A DNA stretch of 43,441 nt from Thermoplasmata archaeon (GTDB taxonomy: Archaea; Thermoplasmatota; Thermoplasmata; Lutacidiplasmatales; UBA184): positions 1-43,441 of the forward strand of contig JBAUTP010000099.1 in NCBI GenBank assembly GCA_049582265.1, read 5' to 3'. Below the pieces are notes generated by a model. It worked only from the letters and a program-made list of their open reading frames with translations, was not told the DNA's origin and made no database searches. This document shows, piece by piece, positions 1 to 9,090 of this stretch (its first letter is position 1; each line of letters opens with the position of its first letter). A program made the position numbers and the translations under genes.

Positions 1-3000
1 CAAGGGCTCGATCCGGAAGTGATACCTGAGATCCCACGAGCCGAAGACATGGCCATGCGGGTCGAGAAGCTGCTCAGCGACCATCATGTGGCGGGCATCG
101 CCGAGGAGATCCGCGGTCTTGCCCCCCAAATGCCACGGGAAGAAGTGGCCTTGACGATCGCGCGACGCTTAGCCGCGGACGTCCAACGCAACCCGTCCAT
201 CGAACGTCGTCTGGATACGGCGCTCCGGGTGGGACTGGCCGTGCTGACGGAAGGGATCCTCGTGGCTCCACTGGAGGGGCTCGCCGAAGTGCACCTCCGC
301 CCGAGCACCGCGGGAGCTCCCTACGTCGAGCTGTACTACGCAGGACCCATTCGAGCGGCTGGCGGCACCGCGCAGGCGTTGAGCGTCCTCTTCGCGGATG
401 TGGTCCGTCGCGACCTGGGCCTTTCGGCGTACCATCCCGACACCGCCGAAGTAGAGCGGTACAAGGAGGAGATCCCCCTCTACAAGCATATTCAGCACCT
501 CCAGTATGTTCCCGGCCCCACCGAGATCGATCTCATCGTGCGCAATGTTCCGGTGTCGATCTCCGGAGAAGCGACCGAGGGCGACGCCGAAGTGAGTGCG
601 TTCCGGGACCTGGCCCGAGTACCCACGAACGGGGTCCGGGGGGGAGCGTGTCTCGTCATCGCCGAGGGACTCTGTCAGAAAGCGGCCAAGCTTGGCAAGA
701 TCGTCGACAAGTTGGGACTCTCGGGCTGGGAGTTCCTGGGCCAGCTGGGTCAGAACAAGGCCGCCGATTCGGAGGAAGGCCGAGGACCGAAGTACCTCGC
801 CGAAGCCGTGGGAGGTCGGCCCGTGCTGGCCTACCCGAACCGACCGGGAGGCTTTCGTCTCACGTACGGCCGGTCACGCACGACCGGCCTCGCCGCCTAC
901 GCGGTCAATCCCGCGACGATGGTCATCCTTCGGAACTTCGTCGCGATCGGAACGCAGGTCAAGGTGGACTTCCCCGGCAAGGCGACGGCCATGGCGCTCT
1001 GCGATACGATCGAAGGACCGATCGTGGAGCTCGATGACGGTACGATCACGGCGGTCCACGATGCAGCGACGGCGCGGACGCTCGTCCCGCGCGTGCGACG
1101 GATCATCGACCTGGGCCAGCTCTTGGTGGGGTTCGGCGAGTTCCTCGAGAACAATCGCGCCCTCGCCCCCGGAGCCTACACGATGGATTGGCACGCGGAG
1201 GAGCTACGTAACGCCGGAGCTCCCGTCGGCCCGGAGTCCTTTCAGCCGTCGTACGAGGCCGCTGTCGAGACGTCCCGTCGCTACGGAGTCCCCCTGCACC
1301 CGCGCTTCCTCCTCTTTTGGCACGACCTCTCTCCCAGCGAGATCATCGATCTCGCCCAGCGCGTGGAAGCGTCGGGCCGTTGGTCCCTGGACCGCCTCTA
1401 CCTCGCGGATGAACCGAGGACGAGGGAACTGCTCACCAACCTCGGATTCCTGTTCCACCCGGTTCCCGCAGACGAACTCTGCGGCGAGCCGGTGTCCAGC
1501 GCAGCGCTACTCGGAGGTCTTGGGCTTGCGCTGACGGAGGACCAGATCGTCCGACGGGAACCCATCGGACCTCCCGAACGAGATCCCCTGGCCCTCGTGA
1601 GCCGACTGGCGGGGGCGACCGTGGGTGCTCGAGCACCGTCACGCATCGGCGCGCGCGTGGGCCGCCCCGAGAAGGCGCGTCAGCGGAAGATGAGCCCCAA
1701 CGTGCATGCGCTCTTCCCTGTGGGCGAGGCGGGCGGCGCGACTCGCTCGGTAGCGGAGTCGGCCCGGCGGAGCCTTCAGGAGGGGGTCCCCACCTCCCTC
1801 GGTCTTCGAGCATGTCCGGCATGCCAGAAACAGTCCATTTGGCTTCGCTGCGGGTGCGGGGCCCACACCGAGCCGACCGGCGAGATCGTGACCGAGCCTC
1901 TTCCCATCGCGCCGATCTGGGCGGAAGCGCTCCACCGACTCCACCTTCGGCGAGTACCGGAGGTCAAAGGAGTGAAGGGACTCACGTCGCCCGGAAAGGT
2001 TCCCGAGCTCCTCGAAAAAGGGATCCTTCGGGCTTCACACGGGATCTCCGTGTACCAGGATGGCACGGCCCGGTTCGACCTTACGGACCTGCCGCTCACC
2101 CATTTCCGACCACAGGAGGTGGGGCTACTTCCCGAGCAGGCGCGGACGCTCGGATACTTCACTGACTGGTCGGGAACCCCGCTCGTCAGCGACGATCAGC
2201 TCATCGAACTAGAAGCTCAGGACATCATCGTATCGCGCGCGTGCGGCGTCTACCTGTGGCATCTCTCGCAGTTCCTCGACGACGAGCTCGTTCGGCTGTA
2301 CAATCTCGAGCCCTTCTATCGCGCCCGGGGACCCGAGGACCTGCTGGGCCAGATCCTCGTGGCACTCGCGCCCCATACCTCGGGAGGCGTGGCCGCCCGG
2401 TTGGTAGGATTCACGGACGCGGAGGCCTGCTTCGCGCATCCTGTGTTCCACGCAGCGAAACGACGGAACTGTGATGGCGATGAAGATTCCGTCACCCTCC
2501 TCATGGACGCCCTCTTGAACTTCTCCCGCGCGTACCTTCCCGACAGCCGGGGGGCCCTCATGGATAAACCCCTCGTGCTCACGACCCGCCTCCACTTGAG
2601 CGAGGTCGACAAAGAGGCCCACAGCCTCGACATCGCCTCCAGCTACCCGCTTGCGCTGTACCGTGCCGCGCGCGAGGGACGCCCGGCGAAGGAAGTCGAA
2701 TCCGTCGTCGAGACGCTGGGCCAGCGCGTGGACTCCGAGGAGCCGTTCCGCGGGCTCGGGTTCACGCATGACACGTCCAACCTGGCGGACGGCCCCGTCC
2801 GTTCCGCGTATCGCGAAGCTGGGGGAATGAATCGGATCGTGGAGCAGTCCTTGGTCCTCACGACGCAGCTGCGCTCCGTCGTGGTCGCGGACGCGGTAGC
2901 ACTCGTGCTCAACCACCACTTCCTCCCGGACCTGATGGGGAATCTCAAGAGCTATGCCACCCAAAAGTTCCGCTGCAAGGCGTGCGGCACGAGCTATCGA

Positions 3001-3282
3001 CGACCGCCGCTCACGGGCCGGTGCGCCAAACCGACCCCGCGCGGATCCGCGTGCGATGGCGAGCTTCTTCCGACGGTGTACGAAGGGGCCGTGCGGAAGT
3101 ATCTGGGTCTTTCCCAACGACTGGCGGCGACGGGCGGCGTACCGCCCTACCTACGTCAGCGAATCGTTCTCTTGGAGTCATCGCTCGCTACGATGTTCCC
3201 CACGACGCGCGCGCAGACGACCTTGGAGCACTTCCGGAACCCCGGGAGCGAAGCGGCAAAGAGCTCGACGGAGAGCCCCTGA
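1..3282 (+). CDS. polC: DNA polymerase II (PolD) large subunit DP2, 5'-partial (frame stays open to base 1)
   Basis: The 1087-aa ORF starts at an internal GTG, and the frame is open upstream (QGLDPEV...). The N-terminus resembles DP2 ('DMAMRVEKL', 'LAVLTEGILVAPLEG'). Cys clusters are present ('CPACQKQSIWLRCGCG', 'CKACGTSYRRPPLTGRC...CDG'). The length fits DP2 without an intein. Confidence 0.9.
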   Translation, partial: QGLDPEVIPEIPRAEDMAMRVEKLLSDHHVAGIAEEIRGLAPQMPREEVALTIARRLAADVQRNPSIERRLDTALRVGLAVLTEGILVAPLEGLAEVHLRPSTAGAPYVELYYAGPIRAAGGTAQALSVLFADVVRRDLGLSAYHPDTAEVERYKEEIPLYKHIQHLQYVPGPTEIDLIVRNVPVSISGEATEGDAEVSAFRDLARVPTNGVRGGACLVIAEGLCQKAAKLGKIVDKLGLSGWEFLGQLGQNKAADSEEGRGPKYLAEAVGGRPVLAYPNRPGGFRLTYGRSRTTGLAAYAVNPATMVILRNFVAIGTQVKVDFPGKATAMALCDTIEGPIVELDDGTITAVHDAATARTLVPRVRRIIDLGQLLVGFGEFLENNRALAPGAYTMDWHAEELRNAGAPVGPESFQPSYEAAVETSRRYGVPLHPRFLLFWHDLSPSEIIDLAQRVEASGRWSLDRLYLADEPRTRELLTNLGFLFHPVPADELCGEPVSSAALLGGLGLALTEDQIVRREPIGPPERDPLALVSRLAGATVGARAPSRIGARVGRPEKARQRKMSPNVHALFPVGEAGGATRSVAESARRSLQEGVPTSLGLRACPACQKQSIWLRCGCGAHTEPTGEIVTEPLPIAPIWAEALHRLHLRRVPEVKGVKGLTSPGKVPELLEKGILRASHGISVYQDGTARFDLTDLPLTHFRPQEVGLLPEQARTLGYFTDWSGTPLVSDDQLIELEAQDIIVSRACGVYLWHLSQFLDDELVRLYNLEPFYRARGPEDLLGQILVALAPHTSGGVAARLVGFTDAEACFAHPVFHAAKRRNCDGDEDSVTLLMDALLNFSRAYLPDSRGALMDKPLVLTTRLHLSEVDKEAHSLDIASSYPLALYRAAREGRPAKEVESVVETLGQRVDSEEPFRGLGFTHDTSNLADGPVRSAYREAGGMNRIVEQSLVLTTQLRSVVVADAVALVLNHHFLPDLMGNLKSYATQKFRCKACGTSYRRPPLTGRCAKPTPRGSACDGELLPTVYEGAVRKYLGLSQRLAATGGVPPYLRQRIVLLESSLATMFPTTRAQTTLEHFRNPGSEAAKSSTESP

Positions 3283-3320
3283 ATCGAAGCCCGCGTCGCG
3301 TCCCCGCTCCCAGAACCCCC

Positions 3321-3327
3321 AAATAGG
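3321..3327 (+). promoter_or_regulatory. TATA-like box (AAATAGG) about 27 nt upstream of the tRNA 5' end
   Basis: An A/T-rich heptamer in a GC-rich spacer. Its distance to the mature tRNA 5' end (3351) matches the usual archaeal TATA-to-TSS spacing. Confidence 0.3.
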
Positions 3328-3350
3328 CGTCGGCCGCTGGGATTCGGTGC

Positions 3351-3452
3351 GGGCTTGTAGGGTAGTCTGGACTATCCTTTTGGCCTTCGAAGCCAAAGAC
3401 CTGGGTTCGAATCCGCCGGGCCCACCCGGCGGCGGAACTCCCAGCAAGCCCG
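3351..3452 (+). tRNA. tRNA-Arg (anticodon UCG) interrupted by a 27-nt non-canonical intron in the T-loop/T-stem junction
   Basis: Perfect 7-bp acceptor stem (GGGCTTG 3351-3357 / CAAGCCC 3445-3451) with discriminator G at 3452. U8 A9 present. D-arm with A14, G18 G19 and A21. Anticodon stem TTGGC/GCCAA with loop CTTCGAA (U33, anticodon TCG, A37). T-stem CTGGG (3401-3405) pairs perfectly with CCCAG (3440-3444). T-loop TTCGAAT (3406-3412) is followed by the insert 3413-3439, which contains an 8-bp hairpin CCGCCGGG/CCCGGCGG. CCA is not encoded. Confidence 0.8.
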
Positions 3453-3469
3453 TTCGGCGTATCGCTCGG

Positions 3470-3772
3470 TCAGCGGAAGTAACCCTGGCTCACCGAGGCG
3501 TCGGCTCGGTGCTCCTCTTCGGCCTTGGCCGCCTCCAGGATGTCGATCGCAAACACGGCGTTGAGGGGAATGAGTCGGATGCGGCCCCGATCTGGCTCCT
3601 CCGCGAGCTCAAGGGCCAAGGAGTTGTCCCCCCCGACGGAAACCAGACCGCGGAAGATGCCGCTCGACACCAACGCGGTGTCACGGTCCCCGGCGGAGTG
3701 CACGCGGATCTTCGAGTTAGGGACGAGGTTGAGCGCTGGCTTCTTGGGGGTCGCGGTCGCCTGGGCGCTCAT
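3470..3772 (-). CDS. hypothetical protein (100 aa), translationally coupled to the upstream wHTH regulator
   Basis: Its ATG overlaps the stop of the 3769.. gene (ATGA). No family recognised by eye. Beta-rich core with an acidic C-terminal helix. Confidence 0.5.
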   Translation of the reverse strand: MSAQATATPKKPALNLVPNSKIRVHSAGDRDTALVSSGIFRGLVSVGGDNSLALELAEEPDRGRIRLIPLNAVFAIDILEAAKAEEEHRADASVSQGYFR

Positions 3773-4287
3773 GGTTTTGCCCCTCGTTCGCGAATGACCG
3801 TCCGTGCGGTTGAGGCCCTCGGTGCGAGTTCGTTCCGACGTGTCTCCAGTAAGCCTTGCAAGTGATTCACCGTTTCCCGGTACCGCCGAAGAGCATTCTG
3901 GGCATTGGCCTCGGTGAAGTCCCAGGCCCGTGCGAGGTTACCGTACCGTAGTCGGTACCCCTTGCGCCCCTTGCCGTCAGCGACACCGCCTACCTCCTCG
4001 AGTAAATCGAGGGACTTGAGCTTGTTGATGTGACGATACACCGTGGGCTTGGTGGTCTTGAGACCCGCCGCGAGCTGTTCGACGTACCACACTTCCTGAG
4101 GAGCGAGCAAGAAACAATCGCGGAACAGTCGATAGGCGAGGCTCTGCGCTACCGGCCCCTCTCGTCCACGCCCATCCGGCCCTTCGGGTAGATAGCCAAT
4201 CAATCGAAGGAATTCCGTGAGCACCTCGTCAAGATCCGGGATGGGTGACAGCGGGGTGCTGTAGCGCACAAACAGTTCGAAAGGCAT
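3769..4287 (-). CDS. winged-helix (ArsR/TrmB-like) transcriptional regulator
   Basis: HTH segment 'LKTTKPTVYRHINKLKSLDLLEEV'. I prefer the start at M54 of the 225-aa ORF (ATG 4287) because the longer form overlaps the divergent gene that starts at 4383. Confidence 0.6.
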   Translation of the reverse strand: MPFELFVRYSTPLSPIPDLDEVLTEFLRLIGYLPEGPDGRGREGPVAQSLAYRLFRDCFLLAPQEVWYVEQLAAGLKTTKPTVYRHINKLKSLDLLEEVGGVADGKGRKGYRLRYGNLARAWDFTEANAQNALRRYRETVNHLQGLLETRRNELAPRASTARTVIRERGAKP

Positions 4288-4382
4288 GGACGAGACGGGC
4301 CAAGCGGTTCCGTCCCTAAATACAAACGGGGTTGGCCCAGGGAGGTCACCGCTTTTAGCCGAACCTTCTGTGCCTCGATACC

Positions 4383-5246
4383 ATGGCGTTCGTTCTGAAG
4401 ACGCCGAGGTCACCGCGCGAGGCGTTTTCCCTCGCGCGAGCCTCACCGGACGGCGCCTTCGCCGTTCTTGCCGGGGGTACCGACCTCCTGCTCGACATCG
4501 ACGACCGACGGATCTCTCCCTCGGTCGTGCTCTCGCTCCGCAAGATGCCGTGGAAACAGCTCGTGTGGGCGGGTGACCAGCTCACGATAGGGAGCACACT
4601 ACCGCTACGCGAGCTCGAGCTGGACCGTCGGGTCCGAGAGCGATCACCGGGCCTTTGGCAGTCCATCCGCGCCGTGGGGAGCGTCGCGCTTCGCCATCGT
4701 GCCACGTTGGGGGGAAATCTCGGACGCGCTTCGCCCGCCTCTGACCTCATTCCGATCCTGCTCGCCCTCGACGCGTCCGTCGAGCTCGTCGGCCCCAAGG
4801 GCGAGCGCGAACTCCCCCTGGCCGAGTTCATCCAGGGGCCTCGACAGACCGCGCTCCTCTCGGGCGAGCTCATCCGCGCGGTGACGATCCCTGAGGTAGG
4901 TCCGTCCGAATATTCCTGGCAGCGCGTGCGTCCGGCCGGGGACATTTCGCAAGTGGGGGTCGCGGTCACGTGCGCCGCTCGTCCTCCCTACTGGCGGCTC
5001 GCGCTGGGCGGTGTGTGGCCCTGTCCCCAGCGAGTCCCGACCGCGGAACGTATTCTGACCTCTCAACGCCCATCCGAGGTGGAGATCGAGCTCGCCGCCC
5101 AAGAGGCCGCCCAGGTCGCTCCGTTCATTACCGACCGCCGTGCCACGGAGGCATACCGAAGGCGACTGGTCACTACCCTGTTGCGCCGTGCCATCGGAGC
5201 GACCGTACTCCAAGTCCGGCAGCGAAAGGAGAATCCCCGCTCATGA
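4383..5246 (+). CDS. molybdenum hydroxylase (xanthine dehydrogenase/CoxM family) FAD-binding subunit
   Basis: 'LAGGTDLLLDI' FAD-binding motif and a CO dehydrogenase flavoprotein-like C-terminus. It is followed by the 2Fe-2S and Mo subunits with ATGA overlaps. Confidence 0.8.
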   Translation: MAFVLKTPRSPREAFSLARASPDGAFAVLAGGTDLLLDIDDRRISPSVVLSLRKMPWKQLVWAGDQLTIGSTLPLRELELDRRVRERSPGLWQSIRAVGSVALRHRATLGGNLGRASPASDLIPILLALDASVELVGPKGERELPLAEFIQGPRQTALLSGELIRAVTIPEVGPSEYSWQRVRPAGDISQVGVAVTCAARPPYWRLALGGVWPCPQRVPTAERILTSQRPSEVEIELAAQEAAQVAPFITDRRATEAYRRRLVTTLLRRAIGATVLQVRQRKENPRS

Positions 5247-5725
5247 AGCCCCGTGAAATCCGTCTAACCGTCAACGGTCGGCGGCTCCGACGGTCGGGCG
5301 TGCCGGATGCCGAGCGTCTTCTCGACACGCTGCGCTGGCGTCTCGGGCTCCAGGGGACCAAGGAGGGTTGTCGAACGGGAGATTGCGGCGCCTGCACCGT
5401 GCTGGTGAACCGACGCGTCACGCTGTCGTGCCTCGCCTTGACCCATGAGATCGACGGTGCCAAGGTGGTGACGATCGAAGGGGTCGGGCGGGATCCCGTC
5501 GGGCGCCGCGTTCAGGCAGCCTTCTCCGAGGAGCCAGCGCTCCAATGTGGCTACTGCACTCCGGGATTCGTGATGGCACTGACCGGACTTCTTCATGAGA
5601 ACGGCCCGAAGCGGGGCCGCACCGAGGAGATTCTCGCGGACCTTCAGGGGAACCTCTGCCGCTGCACGGGGTACGCATCGATCACGCGGGCGGTCGAACG
5701 CCTCACACCGAAGAGGAAGACATGA
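5243..5725 (+). CDS. molybdenum hydroxylase [2Fe-2S] small subunit (CoxS/XdhC-type iron-sulfur subunit)
   Basis: Starts at the internal ATG 5243 (MKPREIRLTVNG), preceded by AGGAG. Cys motifs 'CRTGDCGACTV', 'QCGYCTPG' and 'CRCTGY'. Confidence 0.85.
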   Translation: MKPREIRLTVNGRRLRRSGVPDAERLLDTLRWRLGLQGTKEGCRTGDCGACTVLVNRRVTLSCLALTHEIDGAKVVTIEGVGRDPVGRRVQAAFSEEPALQCGYCTPGFVMALTGLLHENGPKRGRTEEILADLQGNLCRCTGYASITRAVERLTPKRKT

Positions 5726-7920
5726 CGCGCTCCGACGCGACCACGAAAGTTTCGGGGGAGGCGACCTACGGTGTGGACCTCGAAGCTCCAGGCATGCTGT
5801 GGGGCGCTCTGGTGCTTTCACCCGTGGCCCACGGCCGTCTACGAAACATCGATCTCGCTCCGGCACGCTTGGTCCCGGGGTTCGTTGCCGCGGTGACGGC
5901 GCAGGATGTCCGCGCGCTGGTCGGGGTCCCCGCTACGCAGGGAGAGGTCCCCGTCTTCCCCGACTCCGAAGTCGAGTACATGTACCAACCGATCGCCGCC
6001 GTCGCGGCGGAGACCCGGGAGGCCGCTCGCGAGGCCGCCCGTGCGGTCGTAGCGGAGATCGAACCGTTGCCGGTCGCGTTGGACCTCGATGAGTTATTTC
6101 CCGACTGGCCGGCGATCGAAGCCAAGGAGTCGCCGCACGTCATCGCGCATGTCCACGCCCGCTTCGGGGACGTCGAGTCGGCGTTTCACGACGCCGACCT
6201 GACCCACTCGGAGACCTACCGGACGTCCGGTGTTCAACAAGTTCCGCTCGAACCCCATGCGTGTCTCGCCGAGGTCACTCCGCAGCGTTGGTACGTGCAC
6301 ACCTCGACACAAACGCCCTTCGGTGTTCGTGAGGACGTCGCCGGGAAGCTCGGTCTACCGGTGGACCAGGTCATCGTCGAGGGAACCTGGGTGGGAGGAG
6401 CGTTCGGGGCGAAGGGAGCGGCGTTGCTCGAACCCTACGCTCTCCTGCTTTCGGCCGCGACGCACCGGCCCGTCAAGCTCGTCCTCCGGTACGAGGAAGA
6501 ATTCCAGCTTGGGCGTTCCACACTCCCGAGCGTCGTTCGCATGGACACAGCCGTCAAGGATGGGAAGATCTCCGGTCGGCGTGTCCGATTGCTGCTCGAC
6601 GGCGGAGCGTCTCTACCCGGCCGGGACTTCGCCACCGGCTACGCGATCGGTTTCCTGCTCGGTCCCTATCGGACGCCGACGTACGAGATCGAAGGCTACG
6701 CCGTTCGGACCAACAAGAGCCCGTTCGGGCCCCATCGGGCTCCGCTCGCTCCCCAATCCACGTTCGTCCTGGAATCGCACCTGGACGGCCTCGCTCACCG
6801 TCTCGGTGTCGATCCGATCGCCTTCCGAATCGAGCATGCATGGCGCGAAAAGGACGAGACCGCGTACGGCCAGCCGGTCCGACCTTTCGGATTGGTGGCC
6901 TGTCTCGAAAAGGCTCGGGCGATCACCGCTGACTGGCGGAAGAACGCGAGCGCCGGGGTGGGGGTGGGCGTGAGCGTCGGTTTCTGGTCGACGAACGCAG
7001 GAGCGGGCGGTGAGGCCCGATTGAAACTGACCGCCCGCGGGCTGATCATCGAGGAGGGAGAATGGGAGATCGGAAGTGGAAGTGTCATCCGAGGGATCTC
7101 GGCCGTGGCCGAGAAAGTGTTGGGTCTTCCCCCCGAAGCGGTCCACGTGGTCCCCCTCGACACTTCGAAGGCGCCTTTCGATTCGGGCGTGTTCGGAAGC
7201 CGTACGGTGGCCGCGCTCGGTCAAGCCGTTCAGAAAGCCGCGGACGAGCTACTCGCGGAGGTCCGACGGCGACGTAAAGGACGGAGTCCTGCCACCTTGG
7301 AGTTCTCGCACGGTCGGGTCTATGTTCGCTCGGGTCATCGTCGCCTTCCGTTCGACCGAGTGCTCACTCCGGCGGAGCGTAGAACAGGCGGCATCGTAAC
7401 GGAAGGTAAGCACTATGCCCCCTCCGCGAAGATCGACCTAACGCGAGTTCTCGATGGAGAGTTCTACCCCTACACCGACTTCACGGCAGCCGTGCACGTA
7501 TCCGAGGTCACCGTGGACCGGGAGACGGCCGCGGTGAAGGTACTACGCTATGCCGCCATCCATGATGTGGGCCGATTGATCGACCCGCTGACGGCCCAGG
7601 GCCAAGTGGAGGGGGGCATCGCGATGGGCCTCGGAGCTGCGTTGACCGAGGAAACGACGTGGGACGACCGGGGACGCCTGCTCAATCCCAACCTCCTCGA
7701 CTACCGTATCCCCTCCCTGGGAGAGATCCCGCCCCTTCGCTTCGTCGCCGTCGAAGGATTCCGAGGCGCAGGGCCGTACGGAGCGAAAGGGCTCGGTGAG
7801 CCCCCGATCATCCCGGTGATTGCGGCCGTCGCGAACGCGGTGTTCGATGCGACCGGCGCTCGCGTCACCGAGACGCCTCTGTCCCAAGAGCGCGTGGCGC
7901 GCGCGATGAAGCTGCTCTAG
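5722..7920 (+). CDS. molybdenum hydroxylase large (molybdopterin-binding) subunit, xanthine dehydrogenase family
   Basis: 732 aa. 'GGAFGAKG' (a GGGFGGK-type motif) and the typical aldehyde oxidase/XDH a/b hammerhead plus Mo-binding layout. No CODH 'AYxCSFR' loop seen. Confidence 0.85.
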   Translation: MTRSDATTKVSGEATYGVDLEAPGMLWGALVLSPVAHGRLRNIDLAPARLVPGFVAAVTAQDVRALVGVPATQGEVPVFPDSEVEYMYQPIAAVAAETREAAREAARAVVAEIEPLPVALDLDELFPDWPAIEAKESPHVIAHVHARFGDVESAFHDADLTHSETYRTSGVQQVPLEPHACLAEVTPQRWYVHTSTQTPFGVREDVAGKLGLPVDQVIVEGTWVGGAFGAKGAALLEPYALLLSAATHRPVKLVLRYEEEFQLGRSTLPSVVRMDTAVKDGKISGRRVRLLLDGGASLPGRDFATGYAIGFLLGPYRTPTYEIEGYAVRTNKSPFGPHRAPLAPQSTFVLESHLDGLAHRLGVDPIAFRIEHAWREKDETAYGQPVRPFGLVACLEKARAITADWRKNASAGVGVGVSVGFWSTNAGAGGEARLKLTARGLIIEEGEWEIGSGSVIRGISAVAEKVLGLPPEAVHVVPLDTSKAPFDSGVFGSRTVAALGQAVQKAADELLAEVRRRRKGRSPATLEFSHGRVYVRSGHRRLPFDRVLTPAERRTGGIVTEGKHYAPSAKIDLTRVLDGEFYPYTDFTAAVHVSEVTVDRETAAVKVLRYAAIHDVGRLIDPLTAQGQVEGGIAMGLGAALTEETTWDDRGRLLNPNLLDYRIPSLGEIPPLRFVAVEGFRGAGPYGAKGLGEPPIIPVIAAVANAVFDATGARVTETPLSQERVARAMKLL

Positions 7921-7935
7921 GGGTAGGACCGAGAG

Positions 7936-9090
7936 ATGCTTCCGCGGAGCCAGGCGCAAGAGCTTCTCAACGAGTACAGCTCCGATGTGACCGTCGGCAC
8001 CGTGGGATCCCATTCCGCTCTCGACATCGCGGACGGAGCCGCGACCGAAGGACTACCCACGCTCGTCCTCGCCCAAGCGGGTCGCGAGCGGACCTATGCG
8101 CAGTACTTCCGAGCGATCCGGGACCCCACGGGTCGGCTCATGCGAGGCTGTGTCGATGAGGTTTGGACCTACGCCAAGTTCTCGGAGATCCTCGCCCCGG
8201 CGGAGCAGGAACGACTGCGCCGGAAGAACGTTCTCCTCATTCCCAACCGGGCGTTGAGTTCCTACGTTTCCATCGAGGGCCTCGAGAACGAGCTTCGAGT
8301 CCCCCTCGTCGGATCGCGAGCGCTTCTTCGGATCGAAGAACGGGGGGAGCGAGACAACTACTATACACTCCTCCGGCACGCTAGGATCCCAGCCCCCGAG
8401 CACATTTCGACGCCGCAGGAGATCGACGGTCTCGTTATCGTCAAACTTCCCCACGCCTCTCGCCGCTTGGAACGCGGATTCTTTACCGCCGCGAGCTTCG
8501 ACGAGTACGAGCGCAAGATTGCGCGTCTCAGCGCCGAAGGCGTCATCGACCCGCGGGACCTCGCGGCGGCGCGCATCGAACGCTACATCCTGGGACCCGT
8601 CTTCAATTTCAACTTCTTCGCTTCGCCGATCGCCCCGGCCCCAGAGGCGCTCGAGCTTCTCGGGGTGGATGAGCGACGCGAAAGCTCGTTGGATGGTCTC
8701 GTCCGCCTGCCCGCCGCCCAGCAGATGGAGCTCCCCGAGTCTTCCCGGATCCCTCGATACACGGTCGTGGGTCACGGAACGCTGACCGTCCGCGAATCCT
8801 TGTTGGAGGAGGCGTTCCAGCTCGGCGAGCGGTTCGTTACGGCGGCCCGGGAGCATTATCCGCCCGGCATCCTAGGCCCCTTCTGCCTGCAGACGTGCGT
8901 CGACGCCGACGGACACCTCACGGTGTTCGACGTGGCCGTACGGATCGGAGGCGGCACGAACATTCATCTCGCCCTCGGCCACCCCTACGGGAACGCGCTG
9001 TGGCGAATGCCGATGAGCACAGGTCGCCGTCTCGCGGTCGAGATCCGACGGGCCATGGAAGAAGATCGTCTCAAGGAGCTTGTGACATGA
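7936..9090 (+). CDS. purP: 5-formaminoimidazole-4-carboxamide ribonucleotide (FAICAR) synthetase PurP
   Basis: Collinear by eye with archaeal PurP: 'VGTVGSHSALDI', 'LLIPNRA', 'VIVKLP', 'LLGVDERRESSLDGLVRLPA', 'GPFCLQ', 'VRIGGGTN'. Confidence 0.9.
   Translation: MLPRSQAQELLNEYSSDVTVGTVGSHSALDIADGAATEGLPTLVLAQAGRERTYAQYFRAIRDPTGRLMRGCVDEVWTYAKFSEILAPAEQERLRRKNVLLIPNRALSSYVSIEGLENELRVPLVGSRALLRIEERGERDNYYTLLRHARIPAPEHISTPQEIDGLVIVKLPHASRRLERGFFTAASFDEYERKIARLSAEGVIDPRDLAAARIERYILGPVFNFNFFASPIAPAPEALELLGVDERRESSLDGLVRLPAAQQMELPESSRIPRYTVVGHGTLTVRESLLEEAFQLGERFVTAAREHYPPGILGPFCLQTCVDADGHLTVFDVAVRIGGGTNIHLALGHPYGNALWRMPMSTGRRLAVEIRRAMEEDRLKELVT

Noticed and set aside
3413-3432. 8-bp GC hairpin first read as a terminator or attachment-site repeat after a truncated tRNA
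   Set aside because: Downstream sequence (3440-3451) supplies perfectly matching T-stem and acceptor 3' strands. The hairpin is therefore better explained as the core of a tRNA intron.
3283-4446. Possible integrated element next to the tRNA gene
   Set aside because: No integrase, no direct repeat of the tRNA 3' end and no compositional break. The adjacent genes are a regulator and a small protein in normal GC context.
4970-5242. Long N-terminal extensions of the 2Fe-2S subunit ORF (from 4970), the gcvT ORF (from 8895), the atpD ORF (to 32841) and the atpA ORF (to 35794)
   Set aside because: These extensions lie inside the preceding genes in other frames. Conserved N-termini begin at internal ATGs that form ATGA overlaps or short spacers.
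4383-7920. Aerobic carbon monoxide dehydrogenase (coxMSL)
   Set aside because: The gene order matches, but the large subunit lacks the CODH active-site loop signature and no coxDEF-type accessory genes are present. I called it a generic xanthine dehydrogenase family enzyme.
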